64,000 nt of DNA from the human T2T-CHM13v2.0 reference genome, Homo sapiens. Below the pieces are notes generated by a model. That model had not been told where the DNA came from. It saw only the letters and a list, made by a program, of their open reading frames with translations, and searched no databases. The stretch is taken from NCBI RefSeq assembly GCF_009914755.1, contig NC_060928.1; one strand, given 5' to 3'. Positions 25,760 through 39,042 of this stretch are shown in pieces. How positions within the stretch are numbered: the first letter of the stretch is position 1; every line of letters begins with the position of its first letter. A program made the translations under genes and the position numbers.

Positions 25760-28300
25760 GTATGATTATAAGCATGTGATAGCTTCAATGAGACTGAATG
25801 TTTGGATTGATAATATCCTGTGCTACAGTAAAGTCTCTTGGAAAGAAACCCCGAGACCTCAACTGGGGACTCCTTGGAGAGGGATTGTTTACAGGATGAT
25901 ATTTATAGTTCACAACATTTTCCCACACCTGCGCTCCAGAAAAATAACTGTGATATGGTGTCAAATAGACCAAGTAGAGAAATACAGTTTCCACTTTGTG
26001 AGGTCATACTTTATTTAGTTAAAGAATTGCAGGACCCAGTTAAGATGTATCTGAAAGACACAAGACATTTGTGGGTATGAATCTTGAGCATATTGAAACA
26101 AAATGATGCATGCGAATAGGGTAGATTTTATTAGCATGGGAGCACTCTCCCATTATGCATAATTTATCAGCCTTAATGTACTACAAAGATAGATTAGTTC
26201 TTGAAGCTTAGACCCTATGATATTCTTAGAAGTAAAATGGAGATCCCAGAAATGTCTTGAAAGAGTAAAGAATTTTAGAACAAATTTATTATTTGAAACA
26301 AGGAAAATTATTACTTGACTATATTCCCTAGGAGGGCCCAATAGACACACATTTCTGCAAGATGGTATCCAAAGCAATAGTGTATGTGCACCAGCGATAT
26401 AAGATCAGTATGTTCAATGATAGTATGAATTGCTTCCCTGTAACCAGGCATGGCATCCCAGCATTGATATGAATAATAGGATTCCAAAATTGTAGAGGTG
26501 AGGTTGTTCCACTTAAGCAATAGAGACAAGCAGGCATAGTTATCAGAAGGCAAAACTAAATGGGCAACCAGAGTGCTTTGATCTACAGAGATATGTAGTA
26601 ATGGCTAAGAAGCCATGTTTTCCCTGGAGATGAAAGCTGGGGATCCCACTTGGGTACTACTTGACTAGGGAAACCAAGAAAAAATAAGAACTGGAGATTA
26701 GATGTAAATGATAGCATTGGCAATGTAAAAAAAAAACTTATTTCTTACTCAGTTTTTCCAACTGAACTAGTTCTCTATCACAGCACTCATTGATTGAATA
26801 GTAGTTTGGATCTCTTTGAAGAAGAGTCCTTCAATATTGTCACAAGTGTACATAATAAATATCAGTTTTTTATTTTAAACAACTTTCATTCACCAGAATG
26901 AATGTAAACTGGGGTTCACAAGAACATTAATGATATTGGCATTAATTATGATATTATGCTGATGCATTGCTTGACGCTAATTAATGGGTCTCTTTGGATT
27001 CTGGAGGCACAACCGACAATATTTGGGAAAGATCATTTATCAAGTGACACAAGGTTGTCAGTTTGAAGTGCAACCCAGAGCAAGAAAGGGTTAAACATGA
27101 AACCAAATTTAGTCAGTAATATACCCTGACATTCTACCCATTAGATCTAGATGTCAAAATACTAGAAGTATTTGAGGTAGATAAGAATGATATGGAGAGT
27201 CTGTAATATAAGTGAACTCTAAAAGGAGAATCACAGCCAGAATCTTAGGGCAAAGATAATTACTCACCATTTGAAAAGCTATTTCTCATATATTACTGGA
27301 CCCAAGTAAAATAAAAGAACTAATTATAAGGTACATTACTGCTTGACTCAGACTGCTCCCCACCAAAACCTGAGCAAGATCTACTACATCATATGGTTAA
27401 GTGGGCACTACAGCTACAAATTATATGGTGGAAATATTACATTTAGAGTTAAACATGAACTGTTAAAGATGACACAGGTGTGTTACAGGTACAAGTGGCT
27501 CAAATTCCCATCAAACCTATTACCTTTGTACCTTCTTATCTAACTCAGTTCTCACCTATAGTCTCCATGGGGATTCTTCATCATCAGTAGACACAAAAGG
27601 AAAATGTTCAAGCTTGATTCACGGAGGGGTGGTTTAGTATTTTGGAGCAAATCTGAAAATGAACTGCTGCCTTGCTATAACTCCATTCAAGGCTGGCTTT
27701 AAATAACATGAAGAGGAAATTCTCTCACTTAGGTAGTGCATTATACATGATATTCAAGTCTGTATACAGAGAAAAAGATTGTGAGGTAAGAATGTACAAG
27801 AACTCCTGATTAGTGATAAGTGGCTCACCTGATTTTTCTGGGATCATGAAGGAGCAATATTGAAAGACTGGCATAAAGATTTGGAGAAAAACTGGGGCTC
27901 GAACCATAAGCTGACACAAAGTTTGCAGGTCTTTGTGGTTCACATTAACATCGATAAGGGAGAAGACAGCCTCTACTGCAGAGAAGGCATTCAACACATG
28001 TAGAACAAGATAGCTTGTCTTGTATACTTCAGCCACATCTATATTTGATTATCTCATACTTGCATAATGTATACATGAATGGAGTAGCACTGGTGTTAGG
28101 AGGGGTGTTTTGTATGGACTCATAATTACGACCTCACTCTCTCACCACAACACTAATGATGCTGCCTTATAGTAGCGGAGACTAAAGTTTTTCCACTAGT
28201 TTTCTAGTGTTGACTTTTATAGAAATTGTGACTAGAAACCATTCGTATTACAGAGAGGACTTTACATATGGTATGAACTCATCTGAGCAGTGGCAAGACA
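25760..28300 (+). mobile_element. Ancient ERVL internal sequence (ERV3-16A3-like gag/pol relic)
   Basis: Degenerate 'KELQD...MY...WV*IL' gag motif near 26020-26090 and pol/RNase H-like remnants at 27000-28150; ends at an LTR16-like LTR. Confidence 0.6.
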
Positions 28301-28329
28301 CAGCCCATTTATTAAAGGCAGGATACTTG

Positions 28330-28635
28330 GCAGACTGTTTAAAATTACTAGGCGTGCCATGGCTGTGATTGCCAAGTTCTGTTGTTGTTTGTTTGTTTGT
28401 GCAACCTCAGACTCATGCTAACATTAATACTCACAAGTGTGTACCAGTGTCTTTTAATACTTTGCCCCATACTTGCTCTGAAGCTGTGGGAACTCACTTT
28501 GCCAGCACAGAAATGTCTTCTGGAAGTGTGGAAGACTTGGCTCTCCTAGGGGGCAACTTTCAACCAATGGAGGGTGGAGTGCAGTGGATAGATACCCCGC
28601 TTTCCATCATTTGAGGCTTCTTTGAGAGGCCTCAA
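28330..28635 (+). mobile_element. LTR16-family ERVL LTR (partial)
   Basis: GGGGGCAACTTTCAACCAATGGAGGGTGGAGTGCAGTGGATAGATACCCC matches the LTR16 core (CAGCCAATGACGG...GGATAAATACCCC). Confidence 0.65.
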
Positions 28636-28750
28636 ATATATTATATTATATAATATATATTATTATATAATATAATATAAGATACAATATAATGTATTGT
28701 GTTGTATAATACATTATATTTTACAATATAATATATGTCATAATATAATT
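28636..28750. repeat. AT-rich low-complexity tract
   Basis: TATATTATATTATATAATATAT... iterations. Confidence 0.85.
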
Positions 28751-28819
28751 AGCATGATACAGCTTACATCAATGGCTCTAAAATGAATGCTTATATGAAA
28801 TTAAAATAATTTTAGAATT

Positions 28820-28970
28820 ATACATGGATAGGTTTATGACATTGATTTTGGTGATGTTTTCAAAGACGTATACTTATCTCCAAACTCATCAAGTTGTGTG
28901 AATTAAATATTTACAGCTTTTTTCATGTTAATCATACCACAATATTTCAAATACAAAAGTTTAAAAAATA
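28820..28970 (+). mobile_element. L1M 3'-end fragment
   Basis: TTGATTTTGGTGATGTTTTCA...AAACTCATCAAGTTGT...ATTAAATAT. Confidence 0.65.
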
Positions 28971-29019
28971 TTTAATTCAAATCCAAAAACTAAAAACAAA
29001 TTTAATAACTTTTTAGATT

Positions 29020-29145
29020 ATTCATTTGCAATCCTACAGATCCTAATTCAGTACATCTTAGGAAAGATCCAAAAATATTAATTTAATCAAACATTCCAGG
29101 TAATTCTGTGCAAGAGATCTGCAGACTGGTTTTGAGAAATCCTGT
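29020..29145. mobile_element. MER5-type hAT DNA transposon fragment
   Basis: TAATTCAGTACATCT...AAACATTCCAGGTAATTCTG...TTTGAGAAATCCTG; a similar relic lies at ~18390-18470. Confidence 0.5.
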
Positions 29146-30674
29146 TTTAACTAGTCAAGGCCATTGCTTACATTTACTTGGCTTTTCACAGTCTTATTAC
29201 TACATACAAGTGCGCATCACAATTATACTCCAGAATGTAATGTTCAAATTAGAATCAAATGCCATAATTTGGAAAGCATACAATAAAATACACATTGGTG
29301 ATTCTTTGCAATATAGTGAATAATGCAATATCAACATTTGTGGGATATTTAAATATCATACAAGGATATTTAACAAGCATTTAAGTGTTAAATGCTTTTA
29401 GTTCTTCGCAGATCCAAGTCGGCCAAGGTCTCTGGTGGCAATGTTTTTGCTTCTGTGGTGATTTCCCACCAGAAACAGATAGTCTTCATATTAAATAGAA
29501 TAACTGATGGCTCAAGCCACATATTCTTTAAATAGCACTAGCACTCAGTATATCAGACAATGGTAAATAATTGCTTCCAAAATACTTTACATAAATTTAT
29601 TAACAAGTATGACAAGCTCATATAGGAACACATAAGTTAATGACAATTGATGGCATATTTTAGGTGAATATAAGCTTCCAGTTAAACCCAACTCAATGGT
29701 ATAATAATTTTAATAGTTCAGTTTAGTGAAAACAATATAATTAGAACATTTTATATTAAAAAAGTTGACTTCTTATGAAAATAATAAATTTCTGTTAACT
29801 CATTTGTTTTTCTTTATTTGGAGTAGTTTGTTTTATACCTGTTAACCCCTTTAACATTAATGGTTGTATAATTCCTCCATCAGAGAGTATGTGAGAATTA
29901 CTCTAACATATGCAGAAAAAACTCTGTTTTAGTATGATACTTTAAATTGAAACAATTATTATGATCACATCTTGGGAAAAATAATCAAATTGAAGAATTA
30001 CCTTTGTGAATTAGCCTCAAGACAAAATTGCGTGTATTTGAATTTAACATCATCATTTGACGAAGAGCACAAAGAAAATACTAAATAAGGAAAATAGCTT
30101 TAGATTAAAAATAATGTTTAAAACCTACTGAATTTCTGGTCAAATTATAATCTTAATGAAATATTTAGGGTGATAATACTTTTGTTTTCTTCAAGTACTT
30201 TGCTGACTCTCAAAAAGTTTCATACATAAAACATGCTAACTACATACATCATAGGAATTAAGGTGATATTGTTGAAATAGGCTGAGAAACTTGCTATTTT
30301 CTTTATTATTATCAAAAATTTAATCTAATCCAATAATAAATTAGTTTAACATAGAGAAGAGTTATTCTCATAATTAGTGTCTCCAAATTAGAAGTAATTT
30401 TAAATAGTAAAAATAAATGTGTGATTTATCATTAAATAAATACTCTCAGATTCAATATATACTTATAATGGTCTGTAAGTCATTTAATACTTCTGCATTT
30501 CTCAATTTTCAAAGTTTTTCTGACTCAGTAACAGTAGATATAATTTATAAGAAGTATTTATTTGTAGTGAATACACACACATACACACACACAGAGGTTT
30601 GTGGAGGAGCCTCATATTTCATATTCAGTGCATGATCTCTCAAGGATAGTAAAAAAAAAAAAAGAGTTTTTCGA

Positions 30675-30785
30675 TTGACTTCCTGTTGAATATATGCATG
30701 ACCATGAAAAAGTCATTTAACCTTTTCAACCTCAATTTTCCCTTTGTAAAATGAGAAACTTGGACCAAATTCATAGTCTCCAACC
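30675..30785 (+). mobile_element. MIR SINE fragment
   Basis: TGACCATGAAAAAGTCATTTAACCTTTTCAACCTCAATTTTCCCTTTGTAAAATGAG is the MIR core. Confidence 0.75.
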
Positions 30786-32193
30786 TTTCGTTACAAGGAG
30801 CAACTTCTAACTTAGCCAGTTGAAGAAACGATGGATGATGAAGCACATTCAGGAGGTCAGATAATAGAAACTGAAAGGTTACTGCGTGTTGCATATGGAT
30901 ATATCACCACTTCTGATGATGCTCCTTTCCCCATCACCAGTCAGAGAAAATATTAGAAGGAATGTAGCATATACCAGAAGATAAATCTACTGAATTAAAC
31001 TTTAGATTTCCCTCAAGTATAGCTTTTTTTTTTCCAGTAAGAATTTGTCCCTTTCCTTGTAGCATACTTCTTTTCTGTTTTCCTATGGCTTGACGTTAGA
31101 AGAGTATGATTTCCTGCAACTCTTCTACTTACTTCTTTAAAGTAGAGAGGCAACAGGAGAGATTGGCTGTCTACTCAAATCCAATTTAAAAATATGTTCA
31201 AGTACTATAGTCCATGCATGTATGGCACTGTCCTGGGGCTTGTGTGCAATATAAAGATAAGTAATGAACAGTATTGTTGTTCAGAGGCATTGATTGTGCT
31301 TAGCTTGTTGATTTTGGAAGAATGTTTCTTTCTGGTTTTAAATCACAAGCAAGTTAAGAAGAGATGGTAAAGAAATATCAAGAAAAGACATTCTCCCTTT
31401 CAAAAATGTTTCTCGATGGTTTAAAGAAACAAAGTTCGGCATTTTTTCATTTATTAATTCATATACCAGTAGTAGGTTCATTTAACAATTATGATTATAA
31501 AATTATTTCGTTGTGTTTTAGATATGACTTAGAAGAGCTAAATATAATTAAAATGTTATGATCAGTTACTATAGATTCATTTAATTTAAAGAAGTACAAT
31601 GTTTTTTTAGCTTAAAAAATCAGGAAAAATTAACACAAAATATGGTGATGGGAAAATTTTTTGTGATAACTTTACTTAATGATATTTCCTCTAACTTTGG
31701 GCATTGATGATTAGAGAGAGATTTGAACATTTGGCTGTTTATAAAACTGCAATTAAACTGCTTCAAAAATATACAATGATCATATAGAAATTTTTTTTTG
31801 AAAATATAACTTTCGCAACCAACTTCTTAGCGCAGACATAAATTATATATATATTCTTAAAATTATAAACATAATAATAAATGATATAATCTGCTTAAAA
31901 TGTAGTATACCAAAAGTAATATGTCATATCTTCAATATAATCAAAGTGCTCAACTCTGAGCTATCAATTTGAGATACTCCAAAAAGAAAATGATTGGGCC
32001 CAAATTTATTACGATTACCTAATGATCTCAATTCTAATCAATTACTGAAGTGCATATCTGCTTAAAACATATATTTTGTATACTTTATTTAATGTAACTT
32101 AAATTTATTTTGTTCTATTGATCTTTGTTATAAAAATTAAATCAACAAATTGCTGGCTGTTTGAAGATGTATTATAAATCAAATAAATCTGGT

Positions 32194-32520
32194 TGTAATG
32201 GACTGAATGTTTGTGCCCCTTCAAGATTCATATGTTGAAGCCTGAACTCAATAGGATGGTATTTGGAGGTGGCATCTTTAAGAAGTAATGAAATGGAGCC
32301 CTACTAAATGGCATTAGTGCTATTACAGAAAGAGGCCAGAGAACTAGTTCATTCTGTTCACCATGTAAGTTGAATCTGCAACCCAGAAAAGACCTTCACC
32401 AGAATTTGACCATGCTGGGACCCTGAATTTGAGCTTCTAGTCTCCAGAACTGTGAGAAATAAATTTATAAGTAATCCACTTTATGGTTCTTTGTTACAGC
32501 ATTCCAAACTGATTAAGACA
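32194..32520 (+). mobile_element. MLT1A-type MaLR solo LTR
   Basis: TGTAATGGACTGAATGTTTGTGCCCC...ATTCATATGTTGAAGCC...CTCCAGAACTGTGAGAAATAAAT...TAAGACA. Confidence 0.88.
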
Positions 32521-34384
32521 CTGTACTTGATACTGATGAATTGTGTTAATATTTAAGATTAATTTGATTGATCTTCTTGGGATAAGTGGTGTGTATCATT
32601 CTGGTTTATGTAATGAATTAAGCATTCACATTTATTAATACTTTATTTGTTATGGGAGACTTATGGAAAAAAATAATTTTACCAGAAATTTAAAATGTTT
32701 ACCTTGTTGAAATAATAGGTTACCCAGGGAAAAGATATTTGGAACATATTTTCTTTAATGTTTCTGATTTACATATCCAGTTTTATTACATGACATTCTA
32801 AAATAATCATTAAATACAATTATATACATATATATGTAAAACAGAATATATATTTGCATTTGACAAATGAGCATTTGCTTTTAACAAAGAAAACCTGAGA
32901 AAACCAATCCAGAGTCAAACAGTCTATTTAAGATGTAGTGCAATTTTCTGGGAGATTTTTAGCCATTTGGAGAGTGTCTTATAAACTATTAAAATAAATG
33001 TGTTTAAGTCTTAAAATGAAAGTTGAATCACGGAATGAAGTTTTTTTACAATGAATATTCTCAATTTTATTTCAGCATTTACCCATAGTCCAAGTTGCTG
33101 TCAAATAAAATTTTAAATAATATATTTAATTTTGGGGGATCAGCATTCACCCATGTTTCAAGTAACCATAAAATAATCTGAGTTTTGTGTTGTCAAAGCT
33201 ACAATGGCTTTCCTATACCTATACTCACGTTATTTTATAAAGGCAACTTATTTTAGCAACATTTTTTCTTCTCAGCTCTTTTTTTTGCATATGTACATAC
33301 ACACACATACAAGACACACACATTTTCCTACACATACGTAGTTTAATAAAACTCATTAATATTGTTATCAAATGCCTTTTTTTTAAACAATATGTTACAT
33401 AAGTTATTCACCAGGAAGAATCTCAATTGGAAAATATTTTAAAATTGTTTTACTTTTATATGCACTTGCACATCTCTAATATAAAGTTTGAAATGTAAAA
33501 TACATTGTTTTAATTTCTATTTTAAAACTAGATTAAGTGCTGTATATTAATGGTGGAGGTTGGCCTGTGATTACTGCTAAAATCTCATAATCTTCATAAC
33601 CTTCCTTTTATAGCCTAGGAGGAAAATAAGCAACTTTAATAAGCAGCTGAGTGGGAAAAAAACCAAAATCAGATGCTGATGTACCATATCACACCACACT
33701 GTGCAGTACACACGTATGCACCACATCAAAAACTATATTTCTATTACAATGTTATTTTAATTTTATTTTACATTTATCTTAGGTTCAGAAAAAGTTATAT
33801 TCAAGCACTTGCGCGAGATGAAATGTAGTAAACATGAGCATCGCTACATAAATAAATGATAAGAAGATTTCTCTATAGTCTAAACAGAAACTTTTTGGTT
33901 CCAAGTTGCCATTTTGGATAAATGTTGGCTATTTGGAAAAAACAAACAAGCAAATATAAAAGAATATTAGTAATAAAATATTTTTCTAATTAATCCATGA
34001 AATAAATGAATATTTCCAAATGATTGAAATAACTACTGCCAATAATGTATGAATTTTCACAATTTTGTGAAAACAATGGATTACCAAACCAACTACTTAT
34101 ATTTATTTAACTAGTATATTAAAAACACTATAGGAAGTCCATCAAATATTCAGTTACAAATGTACATGTGTCAGTGTGTGAATGTAAGTCTCTGTGTGCA
34201 AATGTACACAGACTTCAGGGAATTGTCAGGAAAATATGCAAAATGGCTGAAAAAGAAAGGCAGGCAGACATTTAAAAAATATTTTTGATTATGAAAGAAA
34301 ACATGACCATTTAATAACTGGGTCTTTGGAGGAAATTTTTTACTCATTTGAAAATTCATCATTTTACATAACAATAGAAAATAA

Positions 34385-34880
34385 TTATAATAGCTAAACT
34401 TTATTGAGTAATAATATTCTGGGAAATCTTCCGATTACTGCACATATTCATTGTATTCAATTGTCATAAATCTGTGAGACAGAGACTATCAATTGTTTTA
34501 ACACAGATCTCTGAAGAAAAATACTATGTAGATAACAATTAAAAAGTTCTTAGTTTGTAAGATGAAAAAAGGCTTACTTGGAAAATTATATTTGATTTTA
34601 ATTTTTAAAAGTGAAAGAAATAAAGTGGCCTAAGAGAGAAAGATTGAGCATTTGATGATAAGAATACCCTACATGCAAATAAATATTCAGTGAACTGAAG
34701 TAGCATAGCATATTTGGTTAACTTAAAGAAAAGAGAAAATTTCATAATGTTAGGCTGGAGAGGTATACAGTAGCCAGATACAGAAGTTATATGTCATTTC
34801 TATATTTATGTATTAATCAAAGAGAAGTAGTATTCCTTGAATTGAAAGCCTTGAGGTAGCAGCATTTCAGCTATTACAGA
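34385..34880. mobile_element. MIR and L2 relics
   Basis: ATAGCTAAACTTTATTGAG start (MIR-like) followed by purine-rich L2-like sequence (GGCTGGAGAGGTA...GCCAGAT). Confidence 0.45.
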
Positions 34881-35199
34881 ATTTCATTGTGGGTGAGATA
34901 AGATACATATGTAAAAGTGTGAGGCATCTCTACTGCTTTATCTTTTAATTCAGAAATATTTTTTGTTTTTTATAAAATTTGTCTTATTTCCACCATTCAT
35001 TAGTTTTATTTTACAATAGAAAGATAATTTTGATCTCAATTTTTTTCCAATTGTGAAGTCTTTATATTTACTTGCATTATCCCTAGTTTTGTGAGAATTC
35101 TTGTGTGGTCTCATTATGTACATATCCAAAAAATTAAAATCATTAAACGTCAACTAAATTATATACAATTACTGAATTATATGCTTAGAAGACACCTCT

Positions 35200-38100
35200 G
35201 CTTGCCAGATACAGTTCATTTGGTAAAATCAGCAAAAAATAGAGTGATCTTCTGAAAATTGTGTACTAGGTTGTCAGGAAAACCTTCCTACATGAAAAAA
35301 CTAAAACAACGAAACAAAACAAAGTAAAAACTACAAAAATTTGTTGAAGTTACTGGGGCAATAAATGTGGTAAGTGTTTGGTGGCCATGAGATTGCAGGA
35401 AGGAAAGAAAGCTCAGGCAGTGGAGCCCTGCATTTGATGCTGTCTCTTCTTTTAAGGTATCTGTCAATTATACATTATTTCTAGAGATGAAGAGCAACTT
35501 TATAATTATGATGAAGTAATGTGATGACATGTCATAATAGAAATTGTAAATCACCATAAAATATAAAATTGTAAGTATGCCCTAATAATTGCCCTAAAAT
35601 ACATAAGTTAAAATTAACTGAACTAAATAATAGAAAAATCCAAAAGCATATTTGGAAATATTTAAACAGCTTTCTTAGTAACTGATAAACTGACGAGAAA
35701 AAAATCAATAAGCCTGTAAAATATATGAACAAACTGATTGATAAATATGGCCCCATCCCAACAAATTCAGAATATACATTCTTTGGAAATACACATGATG
35801 GAAGATTAACTAAAATTTACCACGTGTTGGGCCACAGAGTAAGTCATAAAATATATCAAAAGCTTAAAATAAATGATATATTATCTAATATCATGGTATT
35901 CACTTAAAAATCAATACTAAAGCAAATAACTATGGAATTTCAATTAAATTGGAAAGCAGACACCCAAATAACCAAAATTGAGATGAAAATAATAATTATA
36001 AAATTAGAAAATATTTTAATTGAATGCTAAAATTGCTAGCTATGATTAGAAGAGAGCTGTATGCTCACTGCATATTCCAGAAAATAAGGTGAGAACTCAA
36101 AGATCTAAGCATTCCTCTCATTTAAATTAACTGAAGAAATGGCAAGATAGAAAATAATCATGATAGTAAAGGTTACTTATATATTCTATGATACGTTTCT
36201 AAAAATAATAAACTCCTGATGAGACAGATCAAGGTATAAGAGAGAAGTCTCAATAATCTATAATAGGAATGATAAAGTGGATATTATTAGAGATGTTACG
36301 AATATGAAAATGATTATAAAAGCATATTACAAGTATCTTTATATAAATATTTCTGAAAATATAGATGAAATAGAAACGTGTCCTAGGAAATACCCAGACA
36401 CGATAAAATTTTGAAATCCGAATTATTTTATATAATAAAATTTAACCCTTCCCACAAAAACAACTGTAGGTAGAAATGACTTCCCTAGTACATGTAATCA
36501 AATAGTTAAGAAAAAGGCAACTCATCTATCCCTTGAAAACATTCCTAGACTTGCTTTGAGAACTATAATCATCTTGCTAACAAAACGTGACAAACATTTG
36601 CAATGACAGTTAATTATTGGCCAATAACTTTCATAAACATCAGCATAAAATTCTAAATTAGATATTATTAAGTCAAATTCAAATATTTAATTGTAAAAAA
36701 AATTATGAACAGATTAAGCTCATTCCAGAATTGTATTATTTATCTAATATTCATGAATCAATCAAGGTAATTTATCAGGTTAATAAAACAGAGAAAAACA
36801 TATGTGGAGATATAAAAAGATGTAGAAAAATTATTCAGTAAAATTTTATCTTTAATTATTATATAAACTTATTAAGTGGCTACAAAGGAAATAGTTTTTT
36901 AAAAATTAGATAAAGAATACTAATAACAACACCAACAAAATCTACAAACACTTCGAGAGTCTTTCTCTGAATCAATGATGAGAAAAACATGACCTCTGTC
37001 ACCATGCCAATTCAATACTACATTCAAGGTCCTTGCCAGTCCTATATGATAAAAAAGAGAAAATTATAAAATTGGAAATAAAGAAACAAGACTATGATTA
37101 ATTACAGGCAACATATTGAGTGGTTAGAAAATTCAGAAGAATATAGCAATAAATTATTTTTAATTATAAGTAAAGCTGGCTAAGTAATTGAACAAAAAAT
37201 CACTTGAATTATTCTAAATCACCAAAATTTTATAAATTAAAAAGAAAAGCTTTTTATTGTCTTACAGTTACATATATGTCAATATAAGTGCAAGACTTCT
37301 ATAAGAAAAACTATACAATATTACTACCAAAAATTAAAGTGAAACCAAATATATAGATCAGTATGTCAAAAATTATTAGAAAATTTGATATTTTAATGAC
37401 AATTTTTTCACAAACTTGTTTATGTACTCAACGTAATTTCAACCAATATTGCAATAAATTTGTGTGGACGTGTGGATGTAAATAAAAATCTAGTTTTCAG
37501 AACCACAATAGGATGATTATGGTTAAAAATAATTTATTGTATGTTCCAAAGTGACTAGATGAGTAGATTTGAAATATTTTCATCACAAAGAAATGGCAAT
37601 CCTTTGCAGTGATGGATATCCCAATTACCCAGATTTGATCATTACATATTGTATACTTGTATCAAAATATCATGTGTACTCCATAAAATATGTACATAAA
37701 GATTAAAAATAAAAAATACTATAAAAATAAAAAAGTGATGCTGTGCTTATACATGAGAAAAACCAAAATAAGAAAGACAAAATCTTAGTATCGACTAAGC
37801 TGTGTAACAATTGGTACTTTCATTTGGGGGTAGCTGGCAAATCGATACAAATATTTTGTGGCAATCTGGCAGTATTCACATAAAGATACCCTATGACTCA
37901 CTGATTTTACTTCTGGATGCTTGTGTGCATGTGTGTGTCTAGCCTGAGTAGATAAGTATGTGCAAGTTAAAATGGGGATGTTGGTAGCAGCATTATTCAG
38001 AATAGCCAATAAAGAGAGACAGGTAAATATATGTTCATCAATAATTGTTTGAATGACAATAAAAAGAACAACTTGAATGCATAAAAACAGAATATTATGC

Positions 38101-38450
38101 AACAATAAAAATATATCCCATCTCTATGAAACACTATGAAGAGACTCAGAATTATGATGCTTACCAAAGACAGCCCAGGCCAAAATCAAACACAAAAAAG
38201 TACGATTCCATCTTTAAAGTTCAGTGACAGGCAGATTGAGTTACGTTGTTAGAAATAAGAGTAATGTTGACCTTTGGAATGAAAAGGAGGGTAGAGATTG
38301 AAAGGATAAAAAAAGTAGATCTTTAGGACAGCAGTAATATTGCATATCTGGCATGTGAGCATTTGTACTTTGTAACGATTTGTCATGCTAAAAACCTATG
38401 ATTCACTCCATTACATCCCTATGTTATACTTCCACAAAAACTTTAGAAAA
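35200..38450 (+). mobile_element. Degenerate L1M (L1MD/L1ME-type) ORF2 and 3'UTR
   Basis: EN region CAGAATATACATTCTTTG...TGGGCCACA, later RT/C-terminal remnants and an old 3'UTR; strongly A-rich. Confidence 0.7.
37490..37735 (+). mobile_element. L1MA 3'-end fragment nested in the older L1
   Basis: AATAATTTATTGTATG...GTGATGGATATCCCAATTACCCAGATTTGATCATTACATATTGTATAC...AAATATCATGTGTAC plus an A-rich tail. Confidence 0.85.
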
Positions 38451-39042
38451 TACAACATTTTGAATTTAGGATAAGAGTTAAAGTAGTATCAATGAAAAAA
38501 CTTGTTTAAAATGAAATCTTAGAGAATAAATGCAAGTTATCCAGTGAGGAAAAGGAGATAGTGACACATTTCAGGGGAGAGGAGGATGGAAGGATTCATG
38601 GAGTGATGATTAGTGGTTGAAATTTAAGACATAAGCCCAATAGACAGGAAAGGCAGGTATGCCTGTCTGTATACGTGTAATGAGAAGGAAACAACATGTC
38701 ATCTATATAGGGAATAACTGAGATTTACAAAGCAAGGTAAGTTTAAATTCAGGTTTTGTTTTCAGTAAAAGTGGCAGTGTCTTCTAAGGAAATATTACAA
38801 ATTTATTACTGAAATCATATTTCTATACACTGCACTTCTTTACTTTAAACTACATTAATGTGTGATAAATGTTTTCACATATTTTGTTACATTAAATTTT
38901 ATATATTGTTTAGAAATGTGAGCAAGTCAAAGCAATAAGATTTTTACAAAACCTTGAATATTTTATTCAAAAATCTAAAAAGCTACTTTCTTTTAGGTTT
39001 ATATGTTAAAATACAAAGAAGTGAATTTAGAAAAAAAGTACC

